Origin: a virus
Virus record (IMG/VR): IMGVR_UViG_3300037423_000411
Coordinates: 69,697 to 133,696 of that record
DNA: 64,000 bases
Direction: 5' to 3' (one strand)
Both the position numbers and the translations under genes were made by a program. The notes under the pieces were generated by a model, which saw only the letters and a list, made by a program, of their open reading frames with translations, ran no database searches and was not told where the DNA came from. Position 1 is the stretch's first letter. Every line of letters begins with the position of its first letter. Positions 17,481-25,547 of this stretch are shown here, piece by piece.

Positions 17481-17837
17481 CTAGCTTCTCGCAACCCTTC
17501 CCATCACCGGAGGACGATCGTCCGTCCGCACGAACCGGCCTCTCCTCGAACGTGCAGTCTGACCACAGTGCTTACAGGAACCTTCGCGATAAAGGATCGC
17601 GATCTCTGCCCCCGGATCTTCTCTCGGTGCAGCACTTCCTGCTGAGTCGAAGAACCAGCCCACCACGTACCTTTCATGTAGGTCGATCGCTGTCGACACA
17701 GGACGGCCGGTGCGCTTCGCGATACGTGCTCCCATACAGGGATGCCGGTAGATCGCCAGCAGAGGTGACGGCCAGTACTCCGGAGGGTCTACCGCATTCA
17801 CTCTGTCGAGCCCGGCCTGTAGCTCTTCTTCAGTCAT
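17481..17837 (-). CDS. Hypothetical protein with CxxC
   Basis: AAAGG SD; abuts dnaB. Confidence 0.6.
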   Translation of the reverse strand: MTEEELQAGLDRVNAVDPPEYWPSPLLAIYRHPCMGARIAKRTGRPVSTAIDLHERYVVGWFFDSAGSAAPREDPGAEIAILYREGSCKHCGQTARSRRGRFVRTDDRPPVMGRVARS

Positions 17838-17863
17838 CGATCTGCCTTTCGCCCATAAAACAA

Positions 17864-17911
17864 GGCAAGACCCGTACGCAAGCCTCTCACTTCTTACGTA
17901 CGGGTCTTGCC
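17864..17911 (-). terminator. Intrinsic terminator
   Basis: 15-bp stem GGCAAGACCCGTACG/CGTACGGGTCTTGCC followed by TTGTTTT on the minus strand. Confidence 0.7.
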
Positions 17912-17922
17912 GAAAAGAACGT

Positions 17923-18798
17923 TCAGGCCTTCGGCTCCTGAACGTCTTCTCCCTCAGGAACGTCTGCGAACTCCCGAGACCACTCGGACTCAGGAGTGGT
18001 CTCGTAGTGCTTCAGGCGGATCTCTTCGATGACCGAGTCCAGGTAGTCCTCGTCCACGTTCAGATTCGCCTTGCCGATCTTCTTGCGGTCCTCCATGACG
18101 CGCACCCACAGTTCGAACCCTGCCTCGGTGGCACGAGCAACCTCGGACTCAGTCAGGAAGTCGGGATACTTATCCGACGCGCAAAGGATGTACGACCGCA
18201 CGTCACGGATGTCCAGAGGCGAGTTGTCGTCTACCAGCGCCGCATCCTCTTCTTCGGCGTACGCCGCTGCTTCCTCTTCCGCCGCCCGCTCTTCGAGCCA
18301 CGCGTCGAGGTCGACGTTGGAATAGGCGGACTTTTCACTTTTGCCAAAGGTCGTCACGCCACTGCCGTAACCCCACCCCCCAGTGGGGGTAGTGCCAGAG
18401 CTGGCCCAGGCACCGACCGGCTGAAGCTGAATCATCGCGCTCCACACCTTCGACACGGCTTCGTAGCGTGCCTGCGGCTGATGCTTGTCACCGGCTCGCA
18501 TGACTTCCTTGAAGTGCGAGTCGTAGTCGATGTCATCGACGGCCAGGTCCAAGAACTTCTTCCACTGCCGACGCGAGATGACGGCACGGTACTTGTAGTC
18601 CGCGATGACGTCGTCCACGACCTTGACGTTCGGGACGACCTTCCGCAGATCTTCGAGGTCTTCCTTGACGCGTGCGCGCACTAAGACGTGCGTGAACTTG
18701 CTCTTCGCGATCTTCTTGAACGGAGACTTGGTCTCCTTGTCCTGCTTCGGGTCATAGGCCACTACCGAGTAGAAGCCCTTCCGCGTGAACACCCACAT
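17923..18798 (-). CDS. Conserved-looking phage protein with acidic C-terminal half
   Basis: MWVFTRKGFYSVV...LVRAR...DYKYRA...IDYD.HFK N-terminal domain; GAGGAGG SD; has its own promoter and terminator. Confidence 0.75.
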   Translation of the reverse strand: MWVFTRKGFYSVVAYDPKQDKETKSPFKKIAKSKFTHVLVRARVKEDLEDLRKVVPNVKVVDDVIADYKYRAVISRRQWKKFLDLAVDDIDYDSHFKEVMRAGDKHQPQARYEAVSKVWSAMIQLQPVGAWASSGTTPTGGWGYGSGVTTFGKSEKSAYSNVDLDAWLEERAAEEEAAAYAEEEDAALVDDNSPLDIRDVRSYILCASDKYPDFLTESEVARATEAGFELWVRVMEDRKKIGKANLNVDEDYLDSVIEEIRLKHYETTPESEWSREFADVPEGEDVQEPKA

Positions 18799-18852
18799 GG
18801 TTACCGCCTCCTCATATTCCAGCTTGTGAGAGTACAGCTGGACTCTTCCTTC

Positions 18853-18882
18853 AGATTACCGTATAAGGCGACAACTGTCAAC
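18853..18882 (-). promoter_or_regulatory. Housekeeping-sigma promoter with operator
   Basis: TTGACA-17-TAATCT; operator GGCGAC-AACT-GTCAAC at 18867-18882. Confidence 0.75.
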
Positions 18883-19135
18883 CTTGAGCCGCCCACAGCT
18901 TACAGCGGCCACAGACCGAGTTCCCCGCAGGGAGCATGTACCTCGGTACTACCTTGACCAGCTCTTTTCCGCAGATAGAGCGTGCGGGAGGTTCCTTGCC
19001 GACCGTCAAGTGCCAGATCGGCTGAGCGAGAGTCAGCCCACGCGAAGTCAGACCCCAAGACAGATCCAGTACCGTCTGCCTCTCTCGGAGCTGCCTACGG
19101 TACTGGATCAGGGCTTCGAACGCCGGGTCGGTCAA
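18878..19135 (-). CDS. Hypothetical protein with H/C Zn motif
   Basis: TTGA overlap start; WH...ICG...CGRC. Confidence 0.55.
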   Translation of the reverse strand: MTDPAFEALIQYRRQLRERQTVLDLSWGLTSRGLTLAQPIWHLTVGKEPPARSICGKELVKVVPRYMLPAGNSVCGRCKLWAAQG

Positions 19136-19347
19136 CCGACCAGCTCCGGTACGTGAGCCTGGTAGATCTCCTGAACGTGCAGACGGCACGAACGCGTCGC
19201 GAACGCCCAGTAGAGACCTGATGGCAGGAATCGAACCATGTGGCTCAGCTCAACTGCGTCCTGCACCTCGCAGTGTCCCTTCTCCCCAGCCGGATGATGT
19301 AGCTTGCACTGACCTCCGAGGATAGTCAGCTTGTGATCTGCCTCCAC
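19132..19347 (-). CDS. Hypothetical protein
   Basis: AAGGAG SD; Cys/His-rich. Confidence 0.6.
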   Translation of the reverse strand: MEADHKLTILGGQCKLHHPAGEKGHCEVQDAVELSHMVRFLPSGLYWAFATRSCRLHVQEIYQAHVPELVG

Positions 19348-19427
19348 GACTCCTTCTTCCCCAGTACGTTGGTGGGTCCCCGCCCGGCCGTCGTCTTTCC
19401 CGGTCAGGCAGGGACCTGAATGTGCCC

Positions 19428-19619
19428 TCAGTCAGGCTCGTCGCAGCGGTGCTCATCCTGCACTCGAACACCTCGGTGACACTCAGAACAAACAAGCTGG
19501 TGTTCTACCTTGAACCACTCGTCATCTGGCAAGAACCCCGGAACAATACGGACGTCTCCGACCCAGACACGATGCTGGCCTGGCGTCACAATCACCAGCT
19601 CACGTTCCTTGACGATCAC
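19428..19619 (-). CDS. Hypothetical protein
   Basis: AAGGAGG SD before GTG 19619, downstream of a promoter; CSEC..H.C. Confidence 0.55.
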   Translation of the reverse strand: MIVKERELVIVTPGQHRVWVGDVRIVPGFLPDDEWFKVEHQLVCSECHRGVRVQDEHRCDEPD

Positions 19620-19649
19620 CCTCTGCGCCTCCTTCCCTTCGGTACAACC

Positions 19650-19679
19650 AACGTACGACGGGAGGTTACAGCTGTCAAC
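19650..19679 (-). promoter_or_regulatory. Housekeeping-sigma promoter with operator
   Basis: TTGACA-17-TACGTT; operator GGTTAC-AGCT-GTCAAC at 19664-19679. Confidence 0.7.
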
Positions 19680-19681
19680 CC

Positions 19682-19918
19682 TCACCAGACCATCTGCAGA
19701 AGATTCTTCGCAACCCCCGCGAGGAAGACGACAAGAAAACCGACGAACGCCACCGTCAGCAGGATGAAGAACCCAGTGCCGAGACGATCGATGAGCGTGC
19801 TCTTCTTCCGAAGTTCCAGCTCTCCTGACTCCAGCTTCGAGCTGATCTCCGACGCACGATCTTGCTGCTGATTCTGCAGGACCAGAACCACGTAATCCGC
19901 GTCCGATAAAGCACTCAT
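19682..19918 (-). CDS. Membrane protein
   Basis: C-terminal TM helix; AGGAG SD. Confidence 0.65.
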   Translation of the reverse strand: MSALSDADYVVLVLQNQQQDRASEISSKLESGELELRKKSTLIDRLGTGFFILLTVAFVGFLVVFLAGVAKNLLQMVW

Positions 19919-19926
19919 CAGAACTC

Positions 19927-20706
19927 CTAATTGTCGGCTGCTACGTCGAGCAACCGGTACAAATTGTCCTGAACCACCAGAACAGCTCGCGCATGAATTT
20001 GACTGGCCTTGCTCTCGGTAATTTTGAGTGCCTCCCCCACAGCCGAGAGCTTCATTCCCTCGAAGTACCTGAGCACCAGAACTGTCTGGTCCTGCACCGG
20101 CATCTCACGGATGACGTCGCGGAACAGGACCATCGCATGGCGTATCTGCTTCGCATCGATCGCGACTCCGCGCTCAACGCCTTCACGGCCACCCCAGTCA
20201 CGCTCAGGGTCGCCTTCGTCCAACGAACGGTGATACGACGCTTCGGCCTTGGACGCCGTCGAAGAGATCTCTTCGACCTCCCATCCGAGCTTGGTCGCCA
20301 CTTCGTCAGGCGTCGGGTCACGGCCTAGGTCCTTGGTCAGCTCGTCCTGAGCCGTCTTCAGATCCCGCTGCTTCTTGCGCAGTGAGCGTGGCGCCCAGTC
20401 GAGCTTCCGCAACTCGTCCAGGATGACAGACCTGACCGACGCCGCCGCGAACGTCTCGAAGTTCACACCGCGATCGGGGTTGTACCGGTCAACGGCTCTG
20501 AACAGCCCCAGGACGCCGTAGGAGACGAGATCAGAGATGTCCACGTGCTGTGGGAGGTTGCGGGCCATCTTCCGCGCTAAACGCTCCACAAGCTCGCGAT
20601 TACGCAGAATGATCTCCTCTTTCGCGGAGACCTCTCCCTGCTTGATCCTGTCCCAGAGCGCGTAATCGATCGCGCGTCCTGAGCTGTCCGGCACTACGTC
20701 AGTCAC
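19927..20706 (-). CDS. whiG: RNA polymerase sigma factor, FliA/WhiG (sigma-28) family
   Basis: DLVSYGVLGLFRAVDRYNPDRGVNFETFA, ILDELRKLDWAPRSLR, LGRDPTPDEVA, LRYFEGMKLSAVGEALKITESKASQIH. Confidence 0.9.
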   Translation of the reverse strand: MTDVVPDSSGRAIDYALWDRIKQGEVSAKEEIILRNRELVERLARKMARNLPQHVDISDLVSYGVLGLFRAVDRYNPDRGVNFETFAAASVRSVILDELRKLDWAPRSLRKKQRDLKTAQDELTKDLGRDPTPDEVATKLGWEVEEISSTASKAEASYHRSLDEGDPERDWGGREGVERGVAIDAKQIRHAMVLFRDVIREMPVQDQTVLVLRYFEGMKLSAVGEALKITESKASQIHARAVLVVQDNLYRLLDVAADN

Positions 20707-22316
20707 GGTTTGATCAACTCCAGAAGCTGGGTGGGTGAGAGCTGATCAAACAGCTCCGTCTCGCTGTCGAAGACATAGTCACTGAGCGCCTGGCGAGTGG
20801 CGAGGATGGCCTTGTACTTCTGTTCCTGTGTGTCAACTGTCAACAGGTTAAACACGAATACGCGGTCGAAGCCAGAGCCCACGCGCCGGACACGACCTAC
20901 CGTCTGTGACACACGCGCCGGGTTGAGTTGTAGGTCAACGAAGACCATGATGTTCGCGCACTGCAGGTTCAGCGACCTCTCGATAGCCGAGGTACCCATC
21001 AGAACCTGGCATTTCGGATCTGACCAGAAACGATCGATTTCCTCTTTGCGCCGTACCGACGAAGCGTCCTTCCCCCAGATGCGTGCCGTGTGGATGCCGA
21101 CCTCGCTCAGCCGTCTGTCCAAGGCATCCACCGACGCCGTGTTGTGGATGAACGTCACGACCTTCTGGTCTGCCCAGTCCGTCTGCAGCTTCTGGCTGAG
21201 CCAGTCGAGCTTCACCGATGCACCAGGACCATCCGGCTCACCGAGCGCCTGCAGTCCTGCGCAGATGCGCTGCCCGTAGCCGACCTTCAATCGAGCATCC
21301 AGCGCCTTGACGACCACCCCGTCCTCTGTGTGGATGAGCATCTTGGAGACCGAGTCCTGAAGCTCCTGATACCGCTTCCGCTGCTCCGGATACAGCTCCA
21401 GCCAGACATCCTGAGGAGGCATCAGCATCGGCATGCTGACGTCCTTCAGATCGGTGTACTTACGCTGCAGGAACATCGGCGTGACCTTGGCCTTGAGTTC
21501 AGCCATGTTCTTGAAGCCTGTGGTCTGTACTTCGACCTTCGAGCTACCCGAGCTGTAGTCGTACACCGTGATCGGTTCCTTGCGGATGTACCGATTCTCG
21601 AACCGGCCGAGCGGCCCGAAGACGTCCAGACCGTCCGTCAGCATCGCGGCTGCATGCATCTGCTGCAGCCGCATCTGAATGATGGTCGCGTTGATGACGA
21701 TCGAGCGGTGTGCGTAGCGTGACAGCTCTTCCAGAAGCTTGTGCGTGCGGTTCGCGTGGTTCAGGATCGGGTCCACGTCGTCCACGACCAGGATGTTCGG
21801 AGCGAGCTTGGTGAGGATGCGTGCGTCTTTCAAGGCCATGTGCGAACCGATGATGAGGACTTCCCAGCTCTGCGCGTAGCGCTTCACCCGGGCAGGCTTG
21901 CTCATGCCGGACAGGATGGCCTCGAAATGAATCGTCGGCACCCACCGCTGAGCTTCTTCCAGCCACTGCATCGCCGCTGCCGTCTGACAGACGATGAGGG
22001 CACGACCTCCAAGCTCGTTGCGTTGCTTCAGGAGCGCGATCAAACCCAGGATCTGGTTGGTCTTGCCTAGTCCCATCAGGTCTGCGAGGATCGCCCTCTC
22101 CTTCAGATACAGCCAGGAGATACCGACCTTCTGATGCCCGAACAGCTCGCCTCCGCAGAGCTTGTACTCGCAGTCGGGACGGGGGGTGTCGTGATGCTTG
22201 CACGCCTTGTAGTTCCAGGCCTCAAGGTGCGGGATCTCGATGTCCTGAGAGTCGCGGATCTTGTCGGCGTAGCTCTTCTTCGGGTCCAGGTCGAACTCAG
22301 GAGCGGCTGCAGTCAC
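20703..22316 (-). CDS. SNF2-like superfamily-2 helicase
   Basis: ILADLMGLGKT, VVDDVD, NAT, SVKLDWL, RSLNLQCAN, QTVGRVRRVG. Confidence 0.8.
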   Translation of the reverse strand: MTAAAPEFDLDPKKSYADKIRDSQDIEIPHLEAWNYKACKHHDTPRPDCEYKLCGGELFGHQKVGISWLYLKERAILADLMGLGKTNQILGLIALLKQRNELGGRALIVCQTAAAMQWLEEAQRWVPTIHFEAILSGMSKPARVKRYAQSWEVLIIGSHMALKDARILTKLAPNILVVDDVDPILNHANRTHKLLEELSRYAHRSIVINATIIQMRLQQMHAAAMLTDGLDVFGPLGRFENRYIRKEPITVYDYSSGSSKVEVQTTGFKNMAELKAKVTPMFLQRKYTDLKDVSMPMLMPPQDVWLELYPEQRKRYQELQDSVSKMLIHTEDGVVVKALDARLKVGYGQRICAGLQALGEPDGPGASVKLDWLSQKLQTDWADQKVVTFIHNTASVDALDRRLSEVGIHTARIWGKDASSVRRKEEIDRFWSDPKCQVLMGTSAIERSLNLQCANIMVFVDLQLNPARVSQTVGRVRRVGSGFDRVFVFNLLTVDTQEQKYKAILATRQALSDYVFDSETELFDQLSPTQLLELIKP

Positions 22317-22333
22317 ATCTCACGTACGGAGTT

Positions 22334-22600
22334 TCAGGCAGCACGGGCGCGGCGAGGGGTGCGGACACCGCGTTCTTGCAGGATGTCTTGCGTCACGGAA
22401 CGTAGTTCGTCGCCTGAGACACCGCGCTTCTGAGCCTCTGACCGAGCCGACCAGAGGTCGCGCTTGTACGAGATCATCCGAGCCTGTGCCGCCATGTCAC
22501 CGAGGTACGACGGGTCCTCTCCGAACGCAGATACGGCGCACCAGATCAGCGCGCCGTATCTCAGAAGCAGCTCTTCGTCGGAAAGTTCGATCTGTGCCAT
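22334..22600 (-). CDS. Hypothetical protein
   Basis: GGGAGG SD before ATG 22600 (MAQIELS). Confidence 0.65.
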   Translation of the reverse strand: MAQIELSDEELLLRYGALIWCAVSAFGEDPSYLGDMAAQARMISYKRDLWSARSEAQKRGVSGDELRSVTQDILQERGVRTPRRARAA

Positions 22601-22664
22601 GCGGACCTCCCCGTCAAAGAAACCGATCTGATTGACACGAGAGTACACCGCGAGTTGTCGAGCG

Positions 22665-23102
22665 TCACTCAGGCAGTGGGGGTGCAGTCGGCTCGATGTT
22701 GACATTCGTCACCGGCGAAGACGTCACAACCACCGCAGAACCGGTTGGCAACTCAGATCCCGTACCAGCAACTGCACCAGTCGTGTTGTCCACAGGACCG
22801 ACAACGGCGCCTGGCACCACGGCCAGAGTGTCCTCGGTCGCCACGTCGTCAGCGGCGAGAAACTTCAGCGTCTTCTGCAGGAACGCTTCGACCTGCGAGA
22901 TCGCAAGCAACCGCGTGATGATCGCCGTCAGGGCCAGCACACCGGCCGCGAAGGCGTACAACTTCGGGTACTTGTCCGGGTCCAGGTTGAGCTGGTTGAT
23001 AATCAACGGAACCGCGATGACGGCACCAGGCAGACCCGCAATGATCGTTCGTAGCACTCGACGCCACGGATGCGCGACCTTCGCCACTACTGCATCAGCC
23101 AT
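22665..23102 (-). CDS. Holin-like membrane protein
   Basis: HPWRRVLRT, two TM helices, ITRLLA..VEAFL pattern typical of actinophage holins. Confidence 0.7.
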   Translation of the reverse strand: MADAVVAKVAHPWRRVLRTIIAGLPGAVIAVPLIINQLNLDPDKYPKLYAFAAGVLALTAIITRLLAISQVEAFLQKTLKFLAADDVATEDTLAVVPGAVVGPVDNTTGAVAGTGSELPTGSAVVVTSSPVTNVNIEPTAPPLPE

Positions 23103-23138
23103 GTCTTGGCCTCCTTCTGTCCTGTAGAGAATCGGTTG

Positions 23139-23858
23139 TCAGCCGTCAGCAAGGACACAGGTGTAGATGTTGCGTGTAGTGGGAGGCGTCGTTGAGACCA
23201 GCACAGTGATCTCCTGAGGCGTGTATCCCGACAAGCACTGCACACCGTCTTTGCCGTCCTGACCTGCAGGTCCTTGAGGACCAGCAGGACCTTCGGGTCC
23301 AGCCGGGCCTTGTGCTCCGTCCTTACCGTCTTGCCCGGCCGGACCAGCGGGTCCCTGAGGACCGGTTGCACCGTCCTTACCTGCTGGACCTTGTGCTCCG
23401 TCCTTACCGGCCGGGCCGGTTGCACCAACGCACTTGGTGATGGTGAGCAAGCAATCTGGGTACCTGCCTGCAGGTCCTGCCGGACCAGTAGGACCTTGCG
23501 GCCCAATCGGACCTTGTGGTCCCTGAGGGCCGATTGCGCCAGCCGGACCCTGCGCGCCGGTGTCGCCTTGCGGACCTTGCGGCCCGACCACAACCTTCTG
23601 CGGTATGTCGTTCCTGTTCACTACCGGCTTGGCGCCGAGCGACTCGACTTGCTTGACCAGTGCCTGTGTCTGCTCGACAGAGTTGTTCTGCGCTGCTGCG
23701 AGCTTCTCGCGCTCGGCCTGGCCAGTGGTGATGCGCCCTTCGGCCGACTTGAGGTCGGAGTTCGTCTGATAGATCTGAGCCAACGTCAAGATGGCCAGCA
23801 AGATCAAAACGACCATGATCGGGAAGGGAACTGAACGGTTACGCTTCATCGTCAGCAA
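23139..23858 (-). CDS. Membrane-anchored collagen-like protein
   Basis: N-terminal TM, coiled coil, [13 protein letters not shown], long Gly-X-Y tract, Cys-containing C-terminus. Confidence 0.75.
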   Translation of the reverse strand: MLTMKRNRSVPFPIMVVLILLAILTLAQIYQTNSDLKSAEGRITTGQAEREKLAAAQNNSVEQTQALVKQVESLGAKPVVNRNDIPQKVVVGPQGPQGDTGAQGPAGAIGPQGPQGPIGPQGPTGPAGPAGRYPDCLLTITKCVGATGPAGKDGAQGPAGKDGATGPQGPAGPAGQDGKDGAQGPAGPEGPAGPQGPAGQDGKDGVQCLSGYTPQEITVLVSTTPPTTRNIYTCVLADG

Positions 23859-24334
23859 TCACGATCTTCCAGTTTCGGAAGCGGGTTCTCCTGGCGCAAC
23901 TTGTCGGTGCGCGACGTTGTCTCCAGGTAGTCCTGCAGGATCTTGGCCCCCGTACCAGGCTTGGCCCCGAGAAGATCTCGGAACAGCTTCAGTTCCGCTT
24001 GCTTGTCTTCGTCAGCCCACTGAGCACGCTTCCTGACAACAGCAGCGAAGTCACTGTTGTACTGAGCCTGGCACTGAGCTTGCTTCTTGTTCTCATAGGT
24101 GAAGTACGAGCCCTGCAGAACGGTGAACACAGCAAGGATGACGACAATGAAGCCCAGCAGTCGCGAGCGCTTCTCAGGGGTATCCGCAACCTTGTGCTCG
24201 GTGAGGTCGCGCTCTTCCTCAGGCACGACTGCCTCCCTGATTTGAGTGATGAACAGCATCTCTCGCCCGAACAGCCACCCGATGAGGAAGCCGATCAGCG
24301 ACCAGCAGACTGATGGGAGGAGTTCCTCAATCAC
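23852..24334 (-). CDS. Membrane protein (lysis-cassette associated)
   Basis: Two TM segments; CQAQYN...LRQENPLP. Confidence 0.7.
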   Translation of the reverse strand: MIEELLPSVCWSLIGFLIGWLFGREMLFITQIREAVVPEEERDLTEHKVADTPEKRSRLLGFIVVILAVFTVLQGSYFTYENKKQAQCQAQYNSDFAAVVRKRAQWADEDKQAELKLFRDLLGAKPGTGAKILQDYLETTSRTDKLRQENPLPKLEDRDC

Positions 24335-24588
24335 TTCTCCTCCCGATCTGAGTCTTTGTCTTCGATCTCCTTCTTGTCCTTGCTGTCCTCACGGTTAGAG
24401 GGCCGCCGTTCCGAGATGGCGAACAGGCCACCGACGATGGCCATGAAGATAGCGTTAATAGCCTGATCGGGCTTGTAGTCGAACCACGGAATGATTCCGA
24501 CCAGGAAGTTAAGCGCCCAGACTGCGGTGACTACATAGATGATCTGCTTCTTGAGCTTCGGGTCGATCATCAGGCACCTACCCTTCAA
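24331..24588 (-). CDS. Two-TM membrane protein (holin-like)
   Basis: Two hydrophobic helices with a charged C-terminal tail. Confidence 0.65.
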   Translation of the reverse strand: MKGRCLMIDPKLKKQIIYVVTAVWALNFLVGIIPWFDYKPDQAINAIFMAIVGGLFAISERRPSNREDSKDKKEIEDKDSDREEK

Positions 24589-24676
24589 GGCGGAAGATTG
24601 CTGATCACAATCTGTGTGGAGGGTGCCTTTTACGCATCAGCAAGTTCCCCTCTCGCTGCTGACTCCTGTCTACTTA

Positions 24677-24717
24677 GAATCGGCGGAAATCGTGCTCCGG
24701 TTACACCCGTAACCGGA
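24677..24717 (-). promoter_or_regulatory. Sigma-28-like promoter overlapped by an operator palindrome
   Basis: TAAC-N15-GCCGATTC on the minus strand; GGTTAC-ACCC-GTAACC at 24699-24714. Confidence 0.55.
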
Positions 24718-24738
24718 CCGTCACCAGACTCTCAGTTA

Positions 24739-25539
24739 CTACGCGTGCCAGAGGCAAGCGATGGTCACGTTCGAGGCGTAGTTGTTGGCGAACTGCTGTG
24801 CGACCTGGTGATACCCAATCGCGTACGAACCGGCAGCAGGGCTCCACTGACTGAAGCACGGCACGACTCGCGTCCGCAAGACGCTATCGAACGTGGACTT
24901 GCGCGAGGTCGTGGGAAACCAGGCGAGACCAGGCTGAGCGGCAACGTCAGGGTTCTGCGCGTAATCCCAGTAGAGCCGCGAAACGAAGAACATCGCACCG
25001 GCGAGATCTGGGTTCACGTTCTTGAGGTTACGGAGAGCCTGCCCACACGCAGCGTGATCCGGGTGATTGTCAGTCGGGCTCATCGTCCGGTGGTACGCGT
25101 TCGGGAACGTGGTGACGAAGTTGGAGATGACAGCCTGCGCATCGGCAACCGCAGTCGGGCTGTTCGTGCCGAAACCGTCTGCCAGACCACCTTCGTGGTG
25201 ATAGACCCTGCCCGTGGCCGCCACACCCGAGTTCGGCGTGACGGTCGCCATCGCGCCAAGAGCAGAGCGGGCCTCCAACAACCGAGCCGCACCAAGATCT
25301 GTGTTCGTGAGAGGACCGTTCGTCGCGTAACCCTCTTGGATCGGGTCGTGCGTGTAGGGGTGGTTCGCCCAGTTACAAGCATTGGTGCCGTTGTACGACC
25401 CGAGCGGGCCACCTGCCTCACCTCGGGTCATCGAGACCAGATGTACGTCCCAGCCCGCTGCGAGGTAGTGCACAATCGCCAGCCCCATCGACAACGTCTC
25501 GTCATCAGGATGAGGCGCATAGATGACAACGACTCCCAT
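24739..25539 (-). CDS. PIG-L/LmbE family de-N-acetylase
   Basis: APHPDDETL, MTRGE, R..EAR.AL, L.DG, HPDH motifs. Confidence 0.85.
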   Translation of the reverse strand: MGVVVIYAPHPDDETLSMGLAIVHYLAAGWDVHLVSMTRGEAGGPLGSYNGTNACNWANHPYTHDPIQEGYATNGPLTNTDLGAARLLEARSALGAMATVTPNSGVAATGRVYHHEGGLADGFGTNSPTAVADAQAVISNFVTTFPNAYHRTMSPTDNHPDHAACGQALRNLKNVNPDLAGAMFFVSRLYWDYAQNPDVAAQPGLAWFPTTSRKSTFDSVLRTRVVPCFSQWSPAAGSYAIGYHQVAQQFANNYASNVTIACLWHA

Positions 25540-25547
25540 TAGCTCTC

